Origin: Candidatus Poriferihabitaceae bacterium
GTDB taxonomy: Bacteria > Pseudomonadota > Gammaproteobacteria > Arenicellales > Poriferihabitantaceae
Direction of reading: 5' to 3'
Length of the DNA: 64,000 nucleotides
Assembly (NCBI GenBank): GCA_965206445.1
Contig: CBDBJR010000002.1
Location: 2,417,469-2,481,468 of the forward strand
In this document: positions 23,101 through 35,100 of the stretch, piece after piece
Layout: every line of letters begins with the position of its first letter
Numbering within the stretch: position 1 is the first letter of the stretch
Notes under the pieces: model-generated
The model's input: only the letters and a program-made list of their open reading frames with translations
The model's database searches: none
What the model was told of the DNA's origin: nothing
Made by a program: the position numbers and the translations under genes

Positions 23101-26100
23101 GCCGGGCGCGGCTCGGTACCCACCGTCAGCGCCAACTGCGGCGTACCGGTGACCATGACCGCCCTATCGAACGTCACCGTCGCTTGAATGATGTCGCCAA
23201 GCGCATAGACGCCGTCGCCGGCATTCGAGGTCAACGCGATGGTGGTGATGCGCGGCCGCGGCGGGGTGGTGGTGGTCACCGCCACGTCGGTCAGATCAGC
23301 GGCCGGGTTGCCGGCCAGATCGCGCAGCGGAGTCAGCATCACGCTGAGCGTCACCGAATCGGTCGATTCCACGGTTGCACTCAACCTCGCCGTCACCGTC
23401 ATCCCGTCGATCGCCACGCCGTCGGCGACGACCGTCGGGGCGACGCCCGACCTCAGGGTCAACCTCCAGGCCGCCGGCGCCGGCGCCGAGCCGACGTCGA
23501 GTAACTTATCGTAGGTCAGCACCAGAACATCGCCGGTGACGGTGGCCGTGCTGAACATCGGCGCGACGGCGTCCACGCGATGGGCGGCGGTCGGGCCAAT
23601 GGCAGCGTGCCCCAGCGTCACCGGCGCGTTGCCGGCGGCGTCCCGGATGGTGCCGCCGTTGCGCATCAGGGTGTCTTCTGCCACCGCAATCCCATCGACA
23701 TCCGTATCGCCGGCAACCACCGTGTAGCTGAATACCAGTGCCGCCGTGCCGCTGCCGCTGGCGTAGACCGCCTGGTGCGTCACCCCGCCCACCGCCAGCG
23801 GTATCTGCGGCGACCCACTACCGACGTCCACCGTCACCGCTTCGCTGAACCCCACCGTCAACGCGATCTCCTCGCCCCCGGCATACGGGCCGGTGCTGCT
23901 GATGACCACACCGGCCACCGTCGGGGCAATACCATCTACCGCATGATTGGCGTCAGCCGGCACCGCAGCGTGCGTGATCACCGCAGCGTGGCCACCGGCG
24001 CGGAGCGTGCTGCTGCCGACGTGGATCAGCGCATTGGCGGCAATGCTCACGCCATCAGCGTCGCTGACGCCAACCGACACCGTGTAGCTGAACACCAGCA
24101 TCGCCGTGTCGGCGCCGCGAACATAGTTCGCCGGGCGCGGCTGGTTGCCCACCATCAGCGCCAACTGCGGCGTGCCGGTCACCGCCACCGAGTCGCTGAA
24201 GGTCACCGTCGCCTCAATCACCTCGCCCGCCGCATACCGGTTGTCGGCGCCGGCAACCGACGTCAACGCAACCCCGATGATGGTCACCACTGTGCCGTTG
24301 GTCACCGCCCGGGCGGTGAGATTGTCGGCCCTGTTGCCAGCCAGATCGCGCACCGGATTCGCACCGACGGTATAGGTCAGCAACACCACATCACTCGGCA
24401 ACACCGGCGCGCTTAGCCGCAGCGTCACCGTCCGCCCGCTGACGGTCACATCGGCCACCGTCGGCGAACTGCCCGCGGTCAGCTGCCAGGCGGTCGGCGC
24501 CGGCGCCGAACCGGCGTCGAGTTCCTCATCGTAGGTCAGCACCAGCGTATCGCGGTTGACAGTCGCCGTGCTGACCGTCGGCGCGACGGTGTCCACGCGA
24601 TGGACGGCGTCGGCGACGACGGCGGCATGATCAGGCACCGCGGCGTTGCCGGCGACGTCCCGGATGCTGTCGCCGTTGGTCATCAGGGCGTTGCCGGCCA
24701 CCGCAAACCCATTGTCATCGCGGTCGCCGGCAACCACCGTGTAGCCGAACCCCAGCGCCATCGAGCCGCTGCCGCTGGCGAAGACCGCCTGGCGCGTCGC
24801 CCCGCCCACCGTCAGCGCTATCTGCGGCATGCCGCCGGTGACATCCACCGCCACCACCTCGCTGAAGCGCACCGTCAGCGCAATCTCCTCGCCCACGGCA
24901 TACGGCCCGGTACTGCTGATGACCACACCGTCCACCGTCGGGGCAGCACCGTCTATCCGGTGCTCGGTGTCAGCAGCGACCGCCATAAACGTAATCACCG
25001 CATCGTCGCCGTCGGTCACCGCCCGAATCGTACTGCCGGGCAGGTTCAGATTCAGCGCATTGACGCCGATGCTCACGCCGTCAACGTCGCTGTCACCGGC
25101 GACCACCGTGTAGCGGAACACCAGCGCCGTGGTCGTGCTGCTGTCGATCGCATAGGCCGCCGGGCGCGTCTCGGCGTCCACCGTCAGCGCCAACTGCGGC
25201 GTACCGGTGACCATCACCGGCTCGCTGAAGTTCACCGTCGCGTCAATCACCTCGCCTGGCGCATAGATACCGTCGCCGGCATCCGAGGTAATCTCAATCG
25301 TCGTAATGCTCGGCGCTACCGTAGTGGTATTCACCACCGCCCGACCCGCCAGATCAGCCGCCTCGTTACCAGCCCGGTCGCGTAGCGGCACCGTCCCGGC
25401 GATATAGTCCAGCGTCACCACATCACCCAGCCCCACCGCCGCACTCAGCGTCAGCATCACGTCCCGCCCACTGATCCGCACGCCGTCGGGGACCACCGTC
25501 GGCGCCGTCCCCGCCACCAGGGTCAGCGTCCAGGCGGTCGACGCCGGCAGCGCAGCGGCGTCGAGCGCCTCATCATAAGCCAGCACCAGCACCCCGCGGT
25601 TGACGGTCGCCGTGCTGAACACCGGCACAACCGTGTCCACTTGATGGGCGACGTCCGCAGCAATCGCAGCATGCGCCAGCACCGCGTCGTTGCCGGCCAC
25701 GTCCCGGATGCTGCCGCCGTTGGCCGTCAGCTCGTTGCCCGCCACCATGACCCCATCGCCATCAGTATCGCCGTCGACCACCGTATAGCTGAACACCAGC
25801 GCCGGCGTACCGCTGCCGCTGGCATAGACCGCCTGGCGCGTCGCCGTGCCCACCGTCAGCGCTATCTGCGGCGTCCCGCCACCGACCGCCACCGTCACCG
25901 CTTCGCTGAAGGTCGCCGTCAGCGTAATCACATCGGCGGCCATATACGGGCCGTCACCGGTCAGCACCAGCCCGTCGGTGGTGGTGACCATCGGCACGCC
26001 GGTGTCCACCAGATGGGCGACGTCCGCAGCAATCGCAGCATGCGCCAGCACCGCGTCGTTGCCGGCCACGTCCCGGATGCTGCCGCCGCCGGTGATCAGG

Positions 26101-29100
26101 GCATTGGCCGCCACCGTCACCCCATCCGCATCATTATCATCGCCGGCGAACACCGTATAGCCGAACACCAGCGCCGGCGTGCCGCTGCCACGGACATAGA
26201 TCGCCTCGCGCGTCTGCATGCCCACCGTCAGCGGTATCCGCGGCGTGCCACCGCCGACGTCCACCGTCACCGCCGCATCAAAGGTCACCGTCGCCTCAAT
26301 CGCCTCGCCAATCGCGTAGCCGCCGGCGGCATCCGAGGTCAACGCAATGGCGGTGATGCGCGGCGGTGTCAGCCGGGTCACCGTCAATCGATAGGTGTCC
26401 GTGATACCGGCGCGGGTGACCGCAATCGCCACCGACACCGGCGTATCGTGCAGCGGCAGGTCAATCGCCCGACTGGCGCTGCCGCTGTCCACCGGCGCGG
26501 CGTTGACGGTAATCAACGCGTCGCTGCGGGTGGCGGTCGGCGTCACGGTCACGCTGTCAACGCCGTCGGCGACGGCGACGGTGTAGTCGGTGATGCCGGT
26601 GTTAAACGCCGGGTTGAGGCGGCCGGCGGAAATGCGCAGGCCGCGCAACGTGACGCCGGTCTGTGCCAGATAGGTGTTGAATTGCGCCGCCCTGACCCGC
26701 AGGCAGTCCTCCACCCCGGCAAACGTGGCAATGGCGGCGAAGTCGTCGCGCGAGCAGGCAAAATGGGCCTGGCGCACGGTCGCGTCCACCAGGAAGCCCT
26801 CGTTGACAACCGTGGCCACAAACGGGCCCAGCGTACCGAGCACCGCGTCAAACACCCCGGCGGGCAGGCCGCCGAGCACGAACGCGTTGTCGCGCAAATC
26901 CAAAAACGTCAGCGCCAGGCCGGCAAAAATGCCGACCGGCAACGCGGTCAGGCCGGTGTCGTCAAGCTCCAGCCGCACCAGACTGCGCAAGCCGGCAAAA
27001 ATGTCGCTCGGCAACGCGGTGAACAGGTTGTTATCCAAATCCAGCCGCGTCAGCCCCGACAAGTCGGCAAAATCGCCGCGTTGCAGCGCCGTGATGCCTT
27101 GCGTACGCAGGCTCAGGCTGGCCACCGCTTGCAGCCCCGCCAGCGGCACATCGGTACAGTCGCCGGGGGCGGGCGTGACGGCATCGAGGAGCGCATCCCG
27201 CACCGCTGCCGTGCGGGCGCAGATATTGACCCCGGCACTGGCGCTGATCGAGATCGGGTTGGTGGCCAGGGCGCCGCTGCCGGTGTGCGCGGCGGCGGCG
27301 ACGGTGAGCGCCAGACTGCCGTCGGTGTCGAGGTCCACGTTGTCATACCCCAGCGTCAACGTGGCGGTGGTGGCGTCGTCGCGGCTGACCGCCATGACCG
27401 TCACCGCGCCGGGCACCGTGTCGGTCGGCACGAAGTGGCTCGCCCGCAGATCAGCGGCGACCACGTACTCGGTGTCGGGCAGGGTAACGCTGACCGTCAC
27501 CGGCGCAGCGGCGAACAGCGCCGCCTCGGTCAGCGTGCCGAGCAGCGTGGCCGTCGATGCCGCGGTGTTGTTGGTGACCGCCTGGCCGGTGAAATCGGCG
27601 GCTGGGTTGCCGGTCGGGTCGCGCAGCGGATTGGCGGCGGTGCCGGCGTAGGCCAGCGTCACCATATCGCCAAACTGCACCACCACGCTCAGCATCAACG
27701 TCACCACCGTCTCGCGGACAGACACACTGGCCACCACCGGCGCGGCGCCCGCCCCCAGCGTCAGCGTCCAGGCCGCCGGCGCCGGCGTCGCGCCAGCGTC
27801 GAGCGCCTCGCTATAGGTCAATGTCAGGACAGCGCCGTTGACGGTGGCACTGCTGAGCGTCGGCGGGACGGTTTCCACGCGATTGTCGGCCACCGCGTCA
27901 ATCGCAATGTGATTCAGCAGCGCATCGTTGCCGGCGGCGTCCTGGATGGTGCCGCTGTTGGTCTCCAGCGCATTGGCCGCCACCGTCACCCCATCGTCAT
28001 CGCGCTCACCGGCGACCACCGTATAGCCGAATACCGCCGTCGTCTCGGTCGGGCTGCTGCGGTAGACCGCGTGGCGCGTCACCGTGCCCACCGTCAGCGC
28101 CACCCGCGGCTGGCCGAACACCACCACCGCCTCGCTGAAGCTCGCCGTCAGCTCAATCGCCTCGTCCCTGGCGGTCGGGCCGGCGGCCAGCACCAGCCCG
28201 GTCACCCGCGGGACGACGCTGTCCACCCGGTGATTGTCGTCATCCGGCAACGCCGCGTGCGTCAGCACCGCGTCGCTGCGGCCGGCGCGAATCGTGCTGC
28301 CGGCATAGATCAGCGCATTTTCGGCAATGCTCACGCCGTCGGCGTCAAGCTCATCGGCGGCCACCGTATAGCTGAACACCAGCGTCGTCGGGCCGCTGGC
28401 GTCGGCGTCGTAGACCGCCGTGCGCGCGCTGGTGCCCACCGTCAGCGCCAACTCCGGCCGCCCGACCACCGTGACCGGCTCGCTGAAGGTCACCGTCGCC
28501 GCAATGGTGTCGCCCAGGGTATAAAAGTCATCGCCGGCATCCGAGGTCAACGCAATGCCATCGACGCCCGGCAGCGGCAAGGTGGTGTTGCTGACCTCCA
28601 GGGACGCGAGATTGGCCGCATTGTTACCGGCCCGGTCGCGCAGCGGATTCGCCCCGGCGGTGTAGGCCAGCGTCACCACATCGGCCGCCACCACCACCAC
28701 ATCCAGCGTCAGCGTCAGCACCGGCCCGGCAATCGCCACGCCGCCAGCGCGCACCGTCAGCGTCGTGCCCGCCCGCATCAGCGTGTAGTCTGCCGGCGCC
28801 GGCACCGAGTCGGCGTCGAGCGCCTCGCTGTAGGTCAGCATCAGCAGCGCGCCATCAATGGTTGCCGTGCGCATCAGCGGCACCACCGTGTCCACTTGAT
28901 TGTCGTCGGTCGCGGCAATCGGATTGTGCTCCAGCACCGCGCGGTTGGCGGCCAGGTCCTGAATCGTGGCGCCGTTGGCCGTCAGGGCGTCCAGCGCCAC
29001 CGCAACCGCAGCGCCATCGTTGTCGTCGGCCGCCACCGTATAGCGGAACACCAGCGTCGTCGTCGCGCCGCCGCTGGCGTCAGCGTCGTAGACCGCCACG

Positions 29101-32100
29101 CGCGCCGTGCCGCCCACCGTCAGCGCTATCTGCGGGATCTGCGCCGTGCCGCTACCGGCCGCCACCGTCACCATCTCGCTGAAGGTCGCCGTCAACGTAA
29201 TCACCGCAGCGCGCCTGTACGGGCCGTCGGCCAGCGCCAGCCCGGTGACCCGTGGCGCCACGCCATCCACCCGGTGCCGGTCGCCGCCAACCACCGCCGC
29301 GTGCGCGAGCACCGCATTCGCGGTATCGTCGGCGTTGTAAATCGCACTGCCGAGGGGCAGGTTCAGCGCATCGGCGGCAACGCGCACGCCGTCGGCAGCG
29401 TTGTCGCCGGCCACCACCAGATAGCTGAACACCAGCGCCGTGTCGGTGCTGCGGCGGCTGTCGTAGATCGCCTGGTGCGTATCCAGGCCCACCGTCAACG
29501 CCACCTGCGGGCTGCCGATGACCGTCACCGCCGCGTCGAACGTCACCGTTACGTCAATCGGGTTGCCAATCATATAGACGTTATCCGAGCCGGCATCCGA
29601 GGACAACCGGATGGCGCTGACCATCGGCATCGACAGCGCGGTGTTGTCCACTGCATGGGCGGCGTCCGCGATAATGGCGGCATGGTCAAGCACCGCGTCG
29701 TTGCCGGCGGCGTCCTCGATCGTGCCGGCGCCGGTCGTCAGGGCGTTGGCCGCCACCGTGACCCCGTCACTATCGCTGTCAGCGGCGACCACCGTGTAGC
29801 TGTACACCAGCTCCGGCGAGCCGCTGCCGCTGGTGTAGGCCGCCGGGCGCGCCGTCGTGCCCACCGTCAGCGGCAGCGGCGGCAGGTCGATGACCGTCAC
29901 CGCCTCGCTGAAGCTCGCCGTCACCGCAATCGCATCGCCAACCCGGTACGGGCCGGTGCTGCTCAGCACCAGATCAACCAGCGTCGGGGCGACACCGTCC
30001 ACCAACTGGGCGGCGTCAGCGGCCACCGTCAGACTGTGCGTGATGTCTGCGTCGACGGTGTCGGCCGCGTCTCGAATCGTCCCGCCGGCCAGACTCAGCG
30101 CATTTTCACCGATGCTCACGCCGTCCGTGTCCTCGTCGCCGGCGACCACCGTGTAGCGGAACACCAGTTCCGTCGAGTCGCTGCCGCTGGTGTAGGTCGC
30201 CTGGCGCGTCGCCGTGCCCACCCTCAGCGCCAACTCCGGCACACCGGTGACGGCAACCGCCTCGCTGAAGCCCACCGTCACCGTAATCCTCTCGCCAGCC
30301 GTATAGCCGCCATCGCCGGCGCTCGACGTCAACAACACCACGTTGACGAACGGCACCGCGGCGAGGTTGTCCACCTCCTCGGCCATCAAATCGGCGGCCT
30401 GGTTGCCGGCCAGATCGCGCAGCGGGGTCGCGGCGGCGGCGTAGGTCAGCTGCACCGTCGTATCGGTCGACAGCACCGCCGCACTCAGCCTCAGCTGCAC
30501 CGTCTGCCCGCTGACCGTCACGCCGGCGACCGTCGGCGCAGTGCCTGTCAGCCGGTAGTCTGCCGCCGCCGGCACCGCGCCGGCGTCGAGCGCCTCGGCG
30601 TAGATCAGCGTCACCACGTCCCCCCTGACGGTTGCCGTGTCCAGCATCGGCACCACGGTGTCCACCCGCTGGACGGCGTTCGCGACAATGCCGAGATGCG
30701 CCAGCACCGCATCGGCGCCGGCGTCCCGGATGGTGGCGCCGTTCAACGCCAGGGCATTCGGCGCCACCGTAACCCCATCGGCATCGTTGTCGCCGGCGAC
30801 CACCGTGTAGCTGAACACCAGCGCCGTCGAGCCGCTGCCGCTGGTGTAGACCGCCACGCGCGCCGTGCTGCCCACCGTCAGCGCTATCTGCGGCGTGCCA
30901 CCCCCGACGTCCACCGTCACCGCTTCGCTGAACGTCACCGTCAATTCAATCTCATCGCCCGCCATGTACGGGCCGATGCTGCTGATGGCGACACCATCAC
31001 CCTCGCGTATCGCCGGGGCGACGCCGTCTACCGCATGGGCAGGGTCAGCGGCCACCGTCGCATGATGGTTCGCGAGCACCGCGTCGAGGCCGGCGGCGTT
31101 GTGAATCCTGCTGCCGCCGACGTGGGTCAGCGCATTGGCGTTGATGCGCACACCGTCCGTGTCCTGGTCGCCGGCGGCCACCGTGTAGCGGAACACCAGC
31201 GCCGTCGAGCCGCTGCCGCTGGTGTAGACCGCCGGCCGGGTCGCCGGGCGACCCGGCGCGCCCGCGCCCACCTGCAGCGCCAGCTGCGGCGCACCGGCGA
31301 TCGTGACCGCCTCGCTGAAGGTGACGGTCGCCGCAATCGCGTCGCCAATCACATAGACGTCATCGTCGCCGGCGTCCGAGGTCAACGCAATGCCGTCGAC
31401 GATGATGGTCGGCGCCCCGACCACGACGGTGTTGGTTACCGCCCGGCCGGTGAAACTGGCCGCAATGTTGCCGCTCTGATCGCGCACCGTGCTCAGCGGA
31501 TCCGAGCTGGCGGTGTAGTCCAGCGTCACCACGTCCGCCGCGGTCACGGCGGTGCTCAGCCGCAACGCCACCGTCAGCCCGCTGATCACGGCGCCGACGA
31601 CCGTCGGCGCCGCATCGCCCGACGCCAGTGCCAGCGTCCAGGCTGCTGTCTGCCCCTGCGCGTCGGCGAGTGCCTCGTTGTAGCTCAGCACCAGCACCTC
31701 CCCCGTGCCGTCAATAGTGGCCGCGCTGAGTGTCGGCGCGGTGTTGTCCACCCGCTGGGCGGCGTCCGCGGCAATCCGATTGTGGGCCAGCAGCGCAGCG
31801 TAGCCGACGGCGTCGCGGATGGTGGCGCCGTTGGCCGTCAGGGCATTGGGCACCACCACGACCCCATCGTCATCATTGTCGCCACCGACCACCGTGTAGC
31901 TGAACGCCAGCACCGTCACCGTGCCGTTGCCGGTGTCGATCTCCCGGCTGTTGGTGTAGACCGCCTGGCGGACGGTATTGCCCACCGTCAGCGCACTCTG
32001 CGGGGTGCCGCCGGCGACGTCCACCGTCACCGTCTCGCTGAACGTCACCGCCAACGTAATCGCGTCGCCGCGGGTATACGGGCCGGTGCTGCTGATGGCG

Positions 32101-35100
32101 ACCGCGGCCACCGTCGGGACGACGCCGTCCACCTGATGGGTGGCGGCATCGGCCACCGTCAGCGTATGCGTGATATCCGCGTTGTTGCCGGGCTCGTTCA
32201 CCAATTGAATCGTGCTGCCATCGGCGTGGGCCAGCGCATTGGCGGCAATGCTCACCCCGTCCGCGTCCGCGTCGCCGGCGGCCACCGTGTAGCTGAACAC
32301 CAGCACCTGCGAGTCGCTGCCGCGGGTGTAGGCCGCCTGGCGCGTCTCGGTGCCTACCCTCAGCGTCAACTGTGGCACTTCGGTGACCGTGACCATCCCG
32401 CTGAACATGACGGTCGCCTCAATCACGTCACCAATCACATAGACGTCATCGTCGCCGGCGTCCGAGGCCAACGCAATGGCGGTGATGCGCGGCGGGAGCT
32501 GGCGGAACACCGACACCGTGTAGGTCTGCATCGTGGTTGTGTCGGCGGCAGTCACGACAATGGTAATTGGCACATCCACGCCCGGCGTCGGCAGGTCAAT
32601 GGCCGCACTGGGGTCGCCACTGGCTACGGGGGCAGTGTTGACGGTAATTGTGGCCCCGGCCTGGTTGGCGGTCGGCGTGACGGTCACGCTGGTGACGCTG
32701 TTGGCGACGACAAGGCCATAGGCGGGGGCGTTGAAGTCAAAGGCCGGCGACAGCGCGCCGGCGGAAACCGTCAGGCCGCTCAGCGTGGCGTCGGTCTGAT
32801 TGTAGTCGGCGAGTTGTGTGGAGCTGATGCGGATGCAGTCGGTGACGGCGGCGGTGAAGGCGACAATGTCGGCGACGTCGGGACGGGTGCAGACAAAATG
32901 GGCGGCTCGGACGGTGGCGTCGACTGTGAGAGTGGACAAGGTATCCAACACGGCGTCAAAGATGCCGACGGGCAACCCGGTTTCCGGCGTGAATGGATTG
33001 AATGCATTGGATGCCACCCCCAAAATCTCCAACGCATCCAGGCTGTCAAACAAACCTGCAGGCAGGGTGGTCAATTCGTTGTTGCTCAAATCCAGATTCC
33101 CAAGCGTTGTCAAGCCGGCAAACGTGTTGGCATCAATTGAGTCGAGCAGATTATTATCCAGGCGCAAAGTTAGAAGCGCCGACAAACCGGCAAAAATGTT
33201 GGCATCAAGTGCGCCGTCGAGCTGGTTGTTCTCCAATTGCAACGTCTCCAGCGCCGTCAAGCCGGCAAACGTGTTGGCATCAAGTGCGCCGTCGAGCTGG
33301 TTGTTCTGCAATTGCAACCCCTCCAGCGTTGTCAAGCCGTTAAACAGACCGGCGGGCAGTGTGGCGAGGCCGTTCCTCTGCAACAGCAAATCCTTCAGCG
33401 CCGTCAAGCCGTTAAACAAACCGGCGGGCAATGTGGCGAGGCTGTTGCCTTGCAAACTCAACGTCTCCAGCGCCGTCAAGTCGTTAAACAGATCGGCGGG
33501 CAGGTCGGTGAACCTGTTCTCATCCAAATCCAACCTCACCAGCGCCGTCAAGTCGTTAAACAGATCGGCGGGCAGGTCGTCGGCGAGCCTGTTCCGCTCC
33601 AAATCCAACGTCTCCAGCGCCGTCAGCCCGGCAAAATCACCGCTTTGCAAGGTACTGATCCCCATGTTCACCAGATCAAGTCCCGTAATCGCAGCCAGCT
33701 CCGCCGCACTCACACTCACACAGTCGGTGGACGTGACGCCGGCGTCGGCGAGGAGGGCATCGCGCACCTGTGCCGTGCGGGCGCAGATATTGATGCCCAT
33801 GCGGGTGTCGGCGGTAATCGGGATGCTGCCGGCGGGCAGGTCGGCAGTGCCGGTGTGGGCGGCGGCGGCGACGGTGACGAACAACTCGCCGTCCATCAGA
33901 ATGTCGGCGCCGCCATCGCCCAGCGTCAGTGTGGCGACGCGCGCGCTGTCGCGGCTGACCCCGGTCACGCGCACCGTCCCGTCTACGCTGTCACTGACGA
34001 CGAAGCCGTCCGCCCGCAGCTGGTTGGCGGGCACGTATTCGCTACCGGACAAGGTCACCGTCACCGTCGGCGCCGGGTCGGCGAACAGCTCGGCCTCGGT
34101 CAGGCTACCGGCCAGCAGCGCGCTCGCCGGGCGGGTGACGGTGACGGTATAGGTCTGCGTGGTCGCCATGTCGGTGGCGGTCAGCGCAATCGCCACCGCC
34201 ACCGGCAAGTCGATGCTCAGCGCAATCGCCGCACTCGGGCGGCCACTGTCCACCGGCTCGGCGTTGACGGTAATCGTGGCGCCGGACTGGCTGGCGACCG
34301 GCGTCACCGTCACGGCGGTGACGGCGGTGTCGACGGTGACGGTGTAGTCGGTGGTGGCGGCGGCAAACGCCGGCGTCAGTGTGCCGGCGGAAATCGTCAG
34401 GCCGCTCAGCGTGGCGTCGGCCAGCACAAAGGCGGCGTATTGCGCCGCGGTGACGCGCAGGCAGTCGGTGACGCCGGCGGCGGCGGCAATGGCCGTGGCG
34501 GCGGCGCGCGAGCAGACAAAATGCGCCGCGCGGACGGGGGCATCAACCGCGAAATAGGGGCCCGACCCCGGGATGGCGTCCGGGGCGTCGACAATGTCGC
34601 CCAGCCCTGCCAGCACCGGGTCAAACACCCCGACCGGCAGCCCAATCAGCGGGGTGAACCGGTTGGTGCGCAAATCCAGCGTCGTCAGCGCCAGGCCGGT
34701 CAGCACCCCGGCCGGCAGCGCGGCCAGTTGGTTGTCGCCCAGATCCAGCGTCGTCAGTGCCGCCAGGCCGGCAAACACCCCGGCCTCGAGCGCGGCCAGA
34801 CGGTTGTCGCGCAGACGTAACGCCGCCAGCGCTGGCAGGTCGTTAAACGCCCCACTCGGCAGCGTCGTCAGGTGGTTGCTGTCGAGGCGCAAATCGGTCA
34901 GCGCCAGACCGGTAAACACCCCCACCGGCAGCGTGGCCAACTGATTGCCGCTCAAATCCAGATTGGTCAACGCCGCCAGCCCGGCAAACAGCCCGACCGG
35001 CAGCGCGGCCAGTTGGTTATCGTTCAAATCCAGATTGGTCAACGCCGTCAGGCCGGCAAACAGCCCGGCATCGAGCGCGGTCAGCCCGGCGCTATCCAAC

